DNA of 40,668 bases from a virus (IMGVR_UViG_3300028883_000081:1-40668), one strand, 5' to 3'. Positions 18,416 through 27,517 are shown, counted from the first letter of the stretch. Translations and numbers: made by a program. Notes: a model not told the origin generated them from the sequence alone.

Positions 18416-19069
18416 TTACCGCCGAAGCAGCAGGATCACATATTCAGCACTGTTCGAGGCTTCCGCATGGATCGCCACCGCATCAGTCAGCACTTCCGCG
18501 TAGAAGTATCCACCCGGATCCCCGATTGCCGTTACCGCGACCTTATCCAGGGTTGTCACCCCCGACCAGGTCAGCGTGTCTGTCGTTGCCGCATCGAACA
18601 CAAGGGTATCACAGGCGGCACCTCCAAAAGCCGCGCCGCGCCACACACCTGTTGAGGTCGCATTCCCGGTCACCGACAGGCTGTCCCCAACCGTCGCAAC
18701 GGAATCAAACGCAGCCACCCCCGAGACCGTCAGATTGCCTGAAAGGGTTGTCGCACCGGTCACACCCAGGGTTCCACCAACTGTCGCCACTTCGGCCATT
18801 GCCACAGTCGAATCGAACGTCGCGACCCCAGTCACATCCAGCGAACCGAGGGACTCGACATATTCCCCGACCCACAGGCTGTCCGTGACATAGGCGTCAC
18901 GGCCCACTTTCATGTCGTAGGTGATACGCAACCACCCCGGCACTTCGGTGTTGCCACGTAGCTTCGTGGTGGCCTGCCCGCTGATATTGACCCCCACCGC
19001 TGCCTGAGTCAGGCCCGGCAGAAACCACATCACAAGCAGAAGCATTGCCAGAATCCATGATCTTCGCAT
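18416..19069 (-). CDS. signal-peptide protein with ~12-residue beta-solenoid repeats (fibre-like)
   Basis: MRRSWILAMLLLVMWFLPGLTQA-A; repeats SLDVTGVATFDS / TLGVTGATTLSG / NLTVSGVAAFDS. Confidence 0.75.
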   Translation of the reverse strand: MRRSWILAMLLLVMWFLPGLTQAAVGVNISGQATTKLRGNTEVPGWLRITYDMKVGRDAYVTDSLWVGEYVESLGSLDVTGVATFDSTVAMAEVATVGGTLGVTGATTLSGNLTVSGVAAFDSVATVGDSLSVTGNATSTGVWRGAAFGGAACDTLVFDAATTDTLTWSGVTTLDKVAVTAIGDPGGYFYAEVLTDAVAIHAEASNSAEYVILLLRR

Positions 19070-19094
19070 GGGTCCGTCCTTCCATTCTGTCAGG

Positions 19095-19475
19095 TCAATC
19101 CGAATGCTTGGCCGCGAGGACCAGCTTCCGGGCCGTCGCCTTCCCGATCCCCTTCACCTGCTCGAGGTCGGCCGGTTTCGCTTTCGCCAGGTCGGCACGG
19201 CTGAGGATCCCCAGGGAGATCAATTCCTTCGCCCACGGTTCACGCATGCCGTTTACCTCTGCCAGGCTGGCGTAGGCCGCCGCGACCTTGTCCCTATCGA
19301 GGCTGGTAGGACCAACGGTCTGCTTGTCGTTGTCCGAGGGTGCCTTCTCCTCAAATGGTTCGAGGATCCCCGCTTCGACCAACGGCTGCCCATCCTTTTC
19401 GTCGAGCTCGATCACACCCCCTGGGGCGATATCCCCAGGGAGGAGTGTCGTGTTCGTTTTGTTCCGGTATTTCAT
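19095..19475 (-). CDS. helix-hairpin-helix domain protein
   Basis: LAEVNGM...DLEQVKGIGKATARKL HhH motifs; follows the major capsid gene. Confidence 0.8.
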   Translation of the reverse strand: MKYRNKTNTTLLPGDIAPGGVIELDEKDGQPLVEAGILEPFEEKAPSDNDKQTVGPTSLDRDKVAAAYASLAEVNGMREPWAKELISLGILSRADLAKAKPADLEQVKGIGKATARKLVLAAKHSD

Positions 19476-19531
19476 GGTCCACCTCATCCTCGTTTCGCTT
19501 CACACGGCTGCTGCCGTCCTGCGATCAGGGG

Positions 19532-20572
19532 TTAACGCACCTTGATCGACATGATGGTTTTCGGCTCGTGCGGAATCGGAAGAGGTGCCGACTTCAGGAA
19601 GAGGAAGGTCTTGTGCGTGCTGGTGTTCTTCTCGTAAGTCGACATGAAGTACTTCGCCAGACGCGGGGCACGGTCATCCTTCATCCAGGCATAGTGGATG
19701 ATTGAGGTGGCACGGTTGTTCGCGAGGATGACACGGTTCGCATCGATGTAAGGCGTCACCGTCACATCGCCGTTTGCGTCCTTCACCTCGTAGAAGCCGT
19801 GGTGGACGTAGATTTTCAGGTTCAGCGATTCATCGATCAGATCGCCCATGTAGACCAGATCGTCATCGAGCCACTTCGGGTCGATGTTACCGCTGATGAT
19901 CCGACGGTTGTCGAAGATCTCACGGAAGTCCGGGTCCGCTCGCAAATGGCCGTAGGCGCTGGAATCCATGAGCGCGATGGTCGGGCGTTTACGGCCCGTT
20001 TCTGCCAGTTCGTTCGACCAGGTACGCAAGTTCGCGATCGGGGACACACCCTCTTCCCCCCAGCGGGCGGTTGTCAGCAGCGTTTTCTTGTTGCCACTCG
20101 GAATCCGCAGGTCGATGGTGGTGTTGACCCCACGGCCCGTTACCACAATCTGCCCGTCCTGGATCCCGCGGGCGATCATCTGCTCACGCCTGCGTTCGAC
20201 ACGGCCCATCAGGAAATCGCCATCTTCCTGCAGCAGCTGCGCCTTGTAGACCAACGGATCCACATCCTCGTACTGGTGCGTCCCCGCGAACACCTCCTCG
20301 AGGATGGCAGGGTCGATTTCACGTTCCTCTGCGATCAACGGAGGGGTGATCGTTTCCAGGATATGCCCGTCACGTTCCACCAGCACCGCTTCACCCTTCG
20401 AATTGGCGTAGGAGGCCAGACCCAGACGGCCTTCCACCTCATGCACATCAATGCTCGAGGTGCCCCACACCTTTTCCGTGAAGCCGAGCAGATCTGCGAG
20501 GCTGGCACCCAGCCCTTTCGCACCCTGCACGACTTTCATCAGACTCTTGCGAGTCAACAGCTTCACACTCAT
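19532..20572 (-). CDS. major capsid protein (lambda gpE-like)
   Basis: 346 aa; VERRREQMIARGIQDG and LKSAPLPIP motifs; follows the decoration gene. Confidence 0.9.
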   Translation of the reverse strand: MSVKLLTRKSLMKVVQGAKGLGASLADLLGFTEKVWGTSSIDVHEVEGRLGLASYANSKGEAVLVERDGHILETITPPLIAEEREIDPAILEEVFAGTHQYEDVDPLVYKAQLLQEDGDFLMGRVERRREQMIARGIQDGQIVVTGRGVNTTIDLRIPSGNKKTLLTTARWGEEGVSPIANLRTWSNELAETGRKRPTIALMDSSAYGHLRADPDFREIFDNRRIISGNIDPKWLDDDLVYMGDLIDESLNLKIYVHHGFYEVKDANGDVTVTPYIDANRVILANNRATSIIHYAWMKDDRAPRLAKYFMSTYEKNTSTHKTFLFLKSAPLPIPHEPKTIMSIKVR

Positions 20573-20619
20573 TTGCCTATCCCTTCCGCCTCACCATCTG
20601 GCAAGGCATCGTTCACATC

Positions 20620-20661
20620 AAGTCATTGCGAGGCGGGGCAAAGCCCCAACGAAGCAACCCC
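20620..20661 (+). repeat. REP-like family B
   Basis: AAGTCATTGCGAGGCGGGGCAAAGCCCCAACGAAGCAACCCC, with internal GGGGC/GCCCC stem. Confidence 0.85.
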
Positions 20662-20675
20662 CGCGCGATCCGGTT

Positions 20676-20709
20676 CCGTCAGGTCTTTAGCGTAGCGGAG
20701 ACCTGACGG
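20676..20709. repeat. inverted repeat between decoration and capsid genes
   Basis: CCGTCAGGTCT-TTAGCGTAGCGG-AGACCTGACGG, perfect 11-bp arms. Confidence 0.7.
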
Positions 20710-20723
20710 TCACCTCACTCGGA

Positions 20724-21362
20724 TCAGGTCTGCGCCGCATCCTCGAGGATCAGGCCACGGGCCGCCAGCGTCTCGACATGGTTGTCCACATCGCTGCCGT
20801 CCGCCACGTAGCAACGGCGCTTGTTGATGCGACCCTGTGCGTACGCAATCGAGGTCACATCCCCTTCGGATGCGTCTGCATCCTCCGCCAGGATCAGTTC
20901 AGCGTCCGCCTTCCCGTCCACCGCGGATTCGTCGACCAGGCCGTACTTGCCGGCATCGTCACCCGCTTCCACGACAAACGTGATCACGTCCCCAACGATG
21001 AAGTCGGCATCGCCGTCTGCCACCGTCAGGTTGATGTGATCGGTTGCGTATGCCACCGCCACGGTCAGGTCCTTGAGACGTTGGCCGCTGGGGGCCACCA
21101 CTTCGAAACGGCCCGCGTTGCCTGCCGCCTCGACACACGTCAGCGTGTAGGTCCCGATTTCCGCCTTCGCGCCGATCGAGGTCCCGCTGATCGCACCGTT
21201 GCCCGTGTTCCCTTCCGCTGCGGCCACCGCACCTTTCGCTTTCTTGATACGGCCCAGCACCGCGCCCTCGAGGTACGCCACGCCCGATTTCAGTACCACC
21301 GGACGGGTCGGCAACGAGAGCGGCTCCGCCAGCACATTCCTGTGCGCATACTCCGTGCTCAT
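20724..21362 (-). CDS. head decoration protein (lambda gpD-like with insertion domain)
   Basis: YLEGAVLGRI...GNTGNG...DFIVGD...DGKADAELILAED...LAARGLI pattern; lies between protease and capsid. Confidence 0.88.
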   Translation of the reverse strand: MSTEYAHRNVLAEPLSLPTRPVVLKSGVAYLEGAVLGRIKKAKGAVAAAEGNTGNGAISGTSIGAKAEIGTYTLTCVEAAGNAGRFEVVAPSGQRLKDLTVAVAYATDHINLTVADGDADFIVGDVITFVVEAGDDAGKYGLVDESAVDGKADAELILAEDADASEGDVTSIAYAQGRINKRRCYVADGSDVDNHVETLAARGLILEDAAQT

Positions 21363-21389
21363 CGCTTTTTCCTTCCTTTAAATCCACCT

Positions 21390-21416
21390 GGTGACCCGAC
21401 GCACCCCGCGTCGGGT
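21390..21416 (+). repeat. divergent family-A-like hairpin
   Basis: GGTGA-CCCGACGC-ACCCC-GCGTCGGG-T shares GGTG.CCCGAC...GTCGGGT with family A hairpin 1. Confidence 0.5.
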
Positions 21417-21460
21417 ATCACACTATCCCGGTTCTGGCCGGGTACCGCCCCCGTCAGGGG

Positions 21461-22849
21461 TTACTTGCCGCGCATCTCCTGCGCCTTTTCAATCGCCGTC
21501 ACCGCGGCCGCGTCGTCATCGCCCTGCACCGCGGCGGGTGCGGGCTGGATGCCATCCAATGCCTGCGCATCGGCATGGATTCCTTCCGCCATCGCGACAG
21601 TGGTTTTCCGCTCGGCAGCATAGAGGCCTGCCTGGACATCCTTCACCTGGCTGCTGCCATCGGTGAGCGCCGCCTGGATCACACCATGCGGATCCGCCGC
21701 CTTCACCGCCTTGGCAAACACCGGGTCTGCCTCGATCACCGCTGCGATTCGTTCGCTTTCCGCCTTGGCCCCTTCGGCCTTCGCCGTTTCGAGTGCGGTC
21801 GCCTGTTCCGCTTTCAGGGTTTCCAGGGCCCTGTCGCCCTCGGCCTTACCCAGGGCCTTCCCCTCGTCCAGTACCGCCTGGTACAGGTCCGGGTGTTTCG
21901 CCTGCAGTTCCTTCTTGTCCATCGCACTGTCCTCGCTTTCACCTGCATCGTCGATTATTTCTGTCGTGTCGTTTCCTTCGGAGGTTCCACGGTTTGCCAC
22001 CGTACCGCGCAGCACGTCATCCAACACGCCTATCCCGTCCACCATCCCGCGCTTCATCGCTTCGGCGGCACCAAACACCCCGCCAGCGCCAAACTCCTTC
22101 ACGACCGTGTTGCGGTCCACCCCACGGCCCGCGGCCACTTCACCGATAAACACTTCCGCCAGGGCGTCGAGACGTTCCTGGATCAGCTGGTACCCTTCTT
22201 CTGTCGCAGGATCCGCTACCTTGTTCGGGGATTGGCTGGACACAATGGTGATCTCTTCGATCCCCATCATTTCCATCGCCTTCTTGAAGTCGTGGTAGAT
22301 CGCCAGCACACCGATAGACCCCACCTCTGCGGTCGGAGCAGCGATGATCTCGCGTGCCGCGCTGGCCAGCCAGTACCCGGCGCTGCAGGCCCAGCCGTTC
22401 ACATAAGCCGTCACCGGCTTTTCGTTGTCCGCCCTGCGGATCTCTTCCGCCAGTTCCTGCACCTCGGTGATGTACCCGCCCGGGCTGTCCAGGTTCAGAA
22501 CAATCCGTTCTACCTTACGGTCCTCGACCGCTTCCAGCAGGTCGTCACGGATCGCTTCGATCGTGCTCGCCCCGCCCAGCGCGTCGTAGATCCAGGCGAT
22601 GTAATTGTCCCGCGGCAGAATCACCCCGTTGATATCGATCAGGGCCGTATCACCGACAATCCGCATCTTCCGGCGTGTGCCGAAGAACTCTTCCGCGTTA
22701 CGGTTATTCGCACGGCCCTGGGGTCGCGCAGTTTTAACCGAAGTCTGTACAGACACCTCGCCAAAGGCAGCCTGCAGGGCCATCGTGAAAGCACCACGCT
22801 CCATCGGCCATGCGCCCTTCGCCAGCGCTGCCAGCAGTTCCTTATTCAT
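21461..22849 (-). CDS. S49 family head maturation protease / scaffold (lambda gpC-like)
   Basis: LDSPGG, ACSAGYWLASAA, VGSIGV motifs; Ala-rich scaffold-like C-terminus; start moved to MNKELL. Confidence 0.93.
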   Translation of the reverse strand: MNKELLAALAKGAWPMERGAFTMALQAAFGEVSVQTSVKTARPQGRANNRNAEEFFGTRRKMRIVGDTALIDINGVILPRDNYIAWIYDALGGASTIEAIRDDLLEAVEDRKVERIVLNLDSPGGYITEVQELAEEIRRADNEKPVTAYVNGWACSAGYWLASAAREIIAAPTAEVGSIGVLAIYHDFKKAMEMMGIEEITIVSSQSPNKVADPATEEGYQLIQERLDALAEVFIGEVAAGRGVDRNTVVKEFGAGGVFGAAEAMKRGMVDGIGVLDDVLRGTVANRGTSEGNDTTEIIDDAGESEDSAMDKKELQAKHPDLYQAVLDEGKALGKAEGDRALETLKAEQATALETAKAEGAKAESERIAAVIEADPVFAKAVKAADPHGVIQAALTDGSSQVKDVQAGLYAAERKTTVAMAEGIHADAQALDGIQPAPAAVQGDDDAAAVTAIEKAQEMRGK

Positions 22850-24428
22850 CCTGCAGATCCTCCAGCGTCTTGTTTGCCGCGCTGCTGTCCGAACCCTGTG
22901 ACGATTCACCATCACCTGTTTTCAGTCCGAGACGTGCCAGCGTCTCTTCCTCTGCCGCCAGCCTGTCCATGCTGCTGTCCCAGTCCCCGCCGTGAATCGC
23001 CGTGTGCTCGTCTTCGTGCGTCGTCAGGTGGTTCTTCAGGCGTTTCTCTGCGGCATTGACCTCTTTCAGCGGATCGATTTGGCCGGGGCCACGGCCTGTC
23101 CAACGGCTCGCGCACCAGGCCGCACGGATCGCCGGATCCGTAAAGAATCCGGGTGCGATAATTCGACCCGAAGCAACCGCTTCCCAGAGGAAGGCTTCGT
23201 AGGCTTCCTGCAGGAACAGGTCGACCAGCCAGGTACGCAGGGTGAGGAAGGTTGTCCAGGATTCCATCAGCGCTGCACGGCTTGCGCTGTAGCTGGCCGT
23301 GAAGTGCATCATCAGCACTTCAAAGGCCACGCCCACGTTTGCGCCGATCTGCATCACAATCGCTTTGAACACGGGATCGAAATCAGGCTGGGAGGTGGAC
23401 TGCACCACCTTCACGTCATCCCCCTCGTCCAGGTCGTAGACCGTCCCCGATCCCATTTCATAGCTCTGCGGTTCGTCCGGCTCGACCTGGTCAGACACAG
23501 GCACAGGAGATTCCATCGCCTCTGCCTGGTTGTGCGTGATAAAGACCGTGATAAACGCCTGGATGATTGCTTTCGTGACCGCGGCCTGGGAGAGTTGGGT
23601 GATTTGACGAAGTGGTTCGATCACCGGCGCAAGGATGCTGACACCCCGGCGCTGACCGATCCATTCCTTGTTGACCAGGTGGACAATGTTCCGGCGACCC
23701 GTCTTACTCCCAAAGGCAGGAATTTCCTTTCCTGTCAACGCCCAATCGTTCAATTGGGGGTTCCAGTCACGGATGTAGTAGGCTTCCGGCGCACCGTACT
23801 TGTCACACTTCACCCCGCCCAGCCAGCCTTCACGCATCATCGACAGGTTGTTCCCCACCTGCGCCCCGTCGATCAGCATCACACGAGTCTGGTAGACCTG
23901 CCCCTTACGCTTCACCATCGGGAAACCAGCAAAAACATCCCCGTCGCGCATCCAGCTGAGCAGGGCGAGGAAGGCGAGGCGATTCAGGCTGTCCGTCTGG
24001 GTGGCGTCGCAGGTTTTTGACCACATACGGAATTCACGTTCCACCTGCTTTGTCCAGGTGGATGCCTGCTCTTTCGGTAGGCCAAGGGCTTCGTAATCAG
24101 GGCGGGCCTGCAGGGTTAAACCTGGCCCTACCACCTTGTAGGCCATCCGACGCAGCAATGCACCGGATACAGGAGAGTTTTTGAACAGGTCACGGACACC
24201 CTCACGGATATCCTCACCCTTGTCCACCGTTTCCGAGATCGGGTTTTCACCGAGGAAGCTCCACCCGCGCAGGGACTTCCGGCTCGATCCGGGCGTGAGG
24301 TACCCCGATGATCCGAGAGCAGCAATCGCGAGACGGTGCTGGTAACGGTCCAACCCCGCCTTCGGGTTGAACAGTTCCACAACACGGTCCGTGAAGGTCC
24401 GCTTGATCCCGATCTGCTTACCTGCCAT
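22842..24428 (-). CDS. portal protein (lambda family)
   Basis: GQRRGVS.LAPVI, SYSASRAALME, W...GQIDPLKEV motifs. Confidence 0.95.
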   Translation of the reverse strand: MAGKQIGIKRTFTDRVVELFNPKAGLDRYQHRLAIAALGSSGYLTPGSSRKSLRGWSFLGENPISETVDKGEDIREGVRDLFKNSPVSGALLRRMAYKVVGPGLTLQARPDYEALGLPKEQASTWTKQVEREFRMWSKTCDATQTDSLNRLAFLALLSWMRDGDVFAGFPMVKRKGQVYQTRVMLIDGAQVGNNLSMMREGWLGGVKCDKYGAPEAYYIRDWNPQLNDWALTGKEIPAFGSKTGRRNIVHLVNKEWIGQRRGVSILAPVIEPLRQITQLSQAAVTKAIIQAFITVFITHNQAEAMESPVPVSDQVEPDEPQSYEMGSGTVYDLDEGDDVKVVQSTSQPDFDPVFKAIVMQIGANVGVAFEVLMMHFTASYSASRAALMESWTTFLTLRTWLVDLFLQEAYEAFLWEAVASGRIIAPGFFTDPAIRAAWCASRWTGRGPGQIDPLKEVNAAEKRLKNHLTTHEDEHTAIHGGDWDSSMDRLAAEEETLARLGLKTGDGESSQGSDSSAANKTLEDLQDE

Positions 24429-24652
24429 CAATCCCTCGGTATCACACATTTTGCCCGCGGGGCTGTCCCGTCGAGCCTCGAAATCATCCGGTCGTAATAG
24501 CGGACCTGCTTGCGCACCTCCGGCAGGTCAGCGCGAGTCATCCGGCGCTCCCCTACCTGGTAGCTCTGACCCGTCTGCGCAATCGCCTTCTCCGCAGCCA
24601 GCCAGATCGCACGCATTTCCCTCGCTTCTGCGAGACGTTCCGCCGTGGTCAT
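24428..24652 (-). CDS. head completion protein (gpW / DUF6148-like)
   Basis: WLAAEKAIAQTGQSYQVGERRMTRADL motif immediately upstream of the portal. Confidence 0.85.
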   Translation of the reverse strand: MTTAERLAEAREMRAIWLAAEKAIAQTGQSYQVGERRMTRADLPEVRKQVRYYDRMISRLDGTAPRAKCVIPRD

Positions 24653-25203
24653 GCCTGCACCCCCTCCGGATCCACACCCTCGGCCCATTCAATCGTCAGG
24701 TCCAGGTCCGCACCACGACTGAAGACATGCAGTTCGTCCAACGTGTCAAAGGAGTAGCTGACCGCCTTCTGAACCCTGGTGCCCTGCTTGGGCTTGAAAG
24801 CGGTCACCGCACGGCCCACCCCGATGCAGCCGTCCGATTCCGACACCCATCCCTTCGCTTCATCGCCGGCATGGTTCATCACATGGATCCGCACACCGCT
24901 GCGGCCGGGCACGTCCTGGATCAGGTAGAGGTCACGGTCGAATCGTTTAGAGTGGTTGAAGAGGCACCTGTAACGGCCCGTGGGGACGCAGCTGATATCG
25001 TTCTGGTTCCCGCGCCAGGGTAGCTCCACCGTTCGGCACGAAAACGGCGCTTCGGGGATCCTCGTAGCGTCAATCACCAGACGCCCGAAGGTCCCCTCAT
25101 CCGAGGTTTCCGTCCGCACCAGACGTGCGGAAAGAGGTTGTAAGTCATTGCGAGGAAGCGAAGCTGACGAAGCAACCCCCTTCTTTGAGGTCGCCCCCTT
25201 CAT
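24649..25203 (-). CDS. DUF5675-like protein (candidate endolysin)
   Basis: GTFGRL...TVELPWRGNQNDISCVPTGRY...VPGRSGVRIH..N...SDGCIGVG; N-terminal extension encoded by a family B repeat. Confidence 0.8.
   Translation of the reverse strand: MKGATSKKGVASSASLPRNDLQPLSARLVRTETSDEGTFGRLVIDATRIPEAPFSCRTVELPWRGNQNDISCVPTGRYRCLFNHSKRFDRDLYLIQDVPGRSGVRIHVMNHAGDEAKGWVSESDGCIGVGRAVTAFKPKQGTRVQKAVSYSFDTLDELHVFSRGADLDLTIEWAEGVDPEGVQA
25142..25180 (+). repeat. REP-like family B, inside a CDS
   Basis: AAGTCATTGCGAGGAAGCGAAGCTGACGAAGCAACCCCC, translated as GVASSASLPRNDL. Confidence 0.88.
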
Positions 25204-25598
25204 CGCTTGCCGTTCCCTTTGCCTTGCTTCGCATCCTGCGGCAACCCCACCGGCTCGCCATCATCCTGATTGGCGGATTTCTTCGCACGACGCAGGAAAC
25301 GGCCGATGTTGTCATTGATTCGGATAGCCAGATCAAAGACAGAATCCTCGACCAATTCCCAGATCAAACCAATCCCCCAGATCCGGCGCATCGTCTGACT
25401 GATCTTGAGGCCCCACGTATCCCCGGCCCGTTCCCAGGCGTCCGCCGGACGGAACCCAAATACCAGCCCCAGCAGACTACCGACATACGGAATCGCCAGC
25501 ACGGTGCCGCTGATCCCTTGAAGGATGTCACCGGCCATGCCGTGTGCTTCCATCCACTGCCAGGCTTGCCCCAGAAAACCAAGAATCTGCTCACCCAT
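25200..25598 (-). CDS. membrane-associated protein (holin-like candidate)
   Basis: Hydrophobic segment GTVLAIPYVGSLLGLVFGF and basic C-terminus; ATGA-coupled to the DUF5675 gene. Confidence 0.55.
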   Translation of the reverse strand: MGEQILGFLGQAWQWMEAHGMAGDILQGISGTVLAIPYVGSLLGLVFGFRPADAWERAGDTWGLKISQTMRRIWGIGLIWELVEDSVFDLAIRINDNIGRFLRRAKKSANQDDGEPVGLPQDAKQGKGNGKR

Positions 25599-25616
25599 CT
25601 TTTATCCCCTTCCAAA

Positions 25617-25746
25617 GGGTGCCCCGGCTTGTCTTGCCAAGCCGGGCTTGCCCGCCTCTGGCGGGTTGCTTCATCCATGTAGGCCGGGGTTTCCAACCCC
25701 GGCGAGGATGGGCATTAGCCCATCGACCGCACCGCCGAAGGCGACA
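25617..25746 (+). repeat. REP-like composite element, family A (variant copy)
   Basis: HP1 CCCGGCTTG/CAAGCCGGG (compensatory), extra CCCGCC/GGCGGG hairpin, identical GTAG hairpin, HP3 GATGGGC/GCCCATC. Confidence 0.9.
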
Positions 25747-26107
25747 TCTCGCCCTTCAATACACCAAACCCCTGCAGCACGTCCACCGCACGCGGGTGGT
25801 CGACAATCCAGTTCCGCATACGGGGACGGTCCCCGCTTGCCTTCAAACTTTCAGGGCCGTAGAGCAGGACATAAACACGGGCCAGGTTCGCATCATTCAG
25901 TCGCCTGGTCGCCGCCAGCAGCACAGCACGTGGGATCGGTTTCCGGTAGGAGGTCATCGTGGGTGGGGTCGGGCTGCGGAAATAGTCCACAGCAATGGGA
26001 AACGTCATGCCTTGCCTTCGCAAAGCCGATGTTTTCCTGGCGGACAGATGAACAAATCGCTGAACGACGGGATCCATACCCAACTCCTGGAAACAGAAAC
26101 AGGTCAC
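25715..26107 (-). CDS. hypothetical protein (start uncertain)
   Basis: ORF in operon orientation; C-terminus SPSAVRSMG comes from the repeat. Confidence 0.45.
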   Translation of the reverse strand: MTCFCFQELGMDPVVQRFVHLSARKTSALRRQGMTFPIAVDYFRSPTPPTMTSYRKPIPRAVLLAATRRLNDANLARVYVLLYGPESLKASGDRPRMRNWIVDHPRAVDVLQGFGVLKGEMSPSAVRSMG

Positions 26108-26288
26108 GCTCTACAGCGGATTTCTCCGCCGCAAAACGTGACCTGTTCTATTCCCAACCCTTCGCATCACCCGATCCAACCAGGGCGACCATGATGCGTC
26201 AGGGTTCCGTTCGCTTGTCAGGTGGTGAAGTCATTACGGGGAAGCGAAGCTGCCAAAGCAACCCCCTTCCACCCGCACCCTCTTCACC
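26098..26288 (-). ncRNA. candidate structured RNA leader
   Basis: 23-bp stem with GAAA loop and four G-U pairs on the minus strand (26098-26147); second stem 26156-26206; GGTGAAG/CTTCACC enclosing a family B copy. Confidence 0.5.
26228..26266 (+). repeat. REP-like family B (degenerate)
   Basis: AAGTCATTACGGGGAAGCGAAGCTGCCAAAGCAACCCCC. Confidence 0.8.
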
Positions 26289-26445
26289 GGTCTAACGTTA
26301 CATCTTCCACTCCGATTTCAACAAAAAAGCGTGGGGTATCCATTCCCCGATGCCCCATCATACACCCACCAAACGCCCCGCACAACCCCCCAGGTGAGGG
26401 GAAAAAAACTTCTCCTCCCCGGCCTCCTGTTCAATCAGGCAAGTA

Positions 26446-27030
26446 CTAGTACTCGATAATTTTTCTACGGCGAAAAATGTTACTGATCCCTAAAATACCA
26501 CCACTTAGCAAACCTATTGATAGCAATCCAGCCGATATGATTGATAATATCTTTGTAACTTCGTATGTCATTCCAAACCCTGCCTCCAGCAAACAGTATA
26601 GTGACAATATCCCAGCTATTACTGAAAACATTATCGGGATTATCGCGCCAAGCAAAAATAGCACCATGTATTCTTCTTCTTTTTTTGCAGTTGCATAATG
26701 TCCATGCATAAGACGAAAGTAAAATCGCTTCATTTGGTCTGTTTCACCCAACTTCTCTTTTTTTGATATGTCAGAAAGTTGTTTTACTACATATACCTCT
26801 GTTTTATCGTAATCATCAATAACATCTCTTGGCACAATACTACCCATATTATTTTGTGATTTTATTATAGACTTATCTATAGACTCATAATGATACCGTA
26901 TCTTTTCCTCAGACCTTTGTCTAACTATAAACACCATCGTTATTAATAAAGCAACCAACGCAGCTGCCGCCTGGACAATTGTCGAATGAATATAATATCC
27001 CCACGTCAGCCAATCGAATTCATGACACAT
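26446..27030 (-). CDS. AT-rich multi-pass membrane protein (moron-like)
   Basis: Three hydrophobic segments; sharply lower GC than flanks; start moved to MCHEFDW. Confidence 0.7.
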   Translation of the reverse strand: MCHEFDWLTWGYYIHSTIVQAAAALVALLITMVFIVRQRSEEKIRYHYESIDKSIIKSQNNMGSIVPRDVIDDYDKTEVYVVKQLSDISKKEKLGETDQMKRFYFRLMHGHYATAKKEEEYMVLFLLGAIIPIMFSVIAGILSLYCLLEAGFGMTYEVTKILSIISAGLLSIGLLSGGILGISNIFRRRKIIEY

Positions 27031-27031
27031 T

Positions 27032-27289
27032 CTACCCCTCCATCCCCACCCGCAACAGCACCCACTCCTGCCGTTCCGGGTAGAAGCCCAATTCATACAC
27101 GTCGCCGGTGTCCCCCTGGACCACATGAATCATCCTGTCCAGATCCCCGACACGTTCTTTCCGCTGGCTGATCGACCGCTTGACCTTCACCACCCGTTGA
27201 CGCCAACGGATCTTCAGCAGCTTCAACCCGCCACCAGCAGGAAACAGGGCCATCACCTCGACCCTGTCCCCAATCTCTTCAAACGTCAT
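27032..27289 (-). CDS. hypothetical protein (DUF6504-like)
   Basis: IRWRQRVVKV...GDVYELGF...WVL pattern. Confidence 0.6.
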   Translation of the reverse strand: MTFEEIGDRVEVMALFPAGGGLKLLKIRWRQRVVKVKRSISQRKERVGDLDRMIHVVQGDTGDVYELGFYPERQEWVLLRVGMEG

Positions 27290-27483
27290 TTGTTCCGATC
27301 CGCTAGTGTCTCCTCACTGAACGGTACTGGGTAGTCTCTTCGAATAGCCATGAAAATACGATCGGATACGGCTGCCGATTCTATCTCCGCATCCCTGGCA
27401 TCTGCTCCATTCGCGGCCATCACAGCGTAGACCTGCGCTGCAATAATCGATCTGCCCAGAATTGCTACTTGTCTGTCATCCAT
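27286..27483 (-). CDS. hypothetical protein
   Basis: MDDRQVAILG... with AAGGA upstream; stop overlaps the next start. Confidence 0.55.
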   Translation of the reverse strand: MDDRQVAILGRSIIAAQVYAVMAANGADARDAEIESAAVSDRIFMAIRRDYPVPFSEETLADRNK

Positions 27484-27517
27484 CGTCCATTCCTTTGTAT
27501 AATCCCTTGTCCTTACC

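Noticed and set aside
21575-24020. Long + strand ORFs (e.g. 21575-23059, 22992-24020; also 14868-15905, 38152-39438)
   Set aside because: Antisense shadows of well-supported GC-rich minus-strand genes, with no motifs
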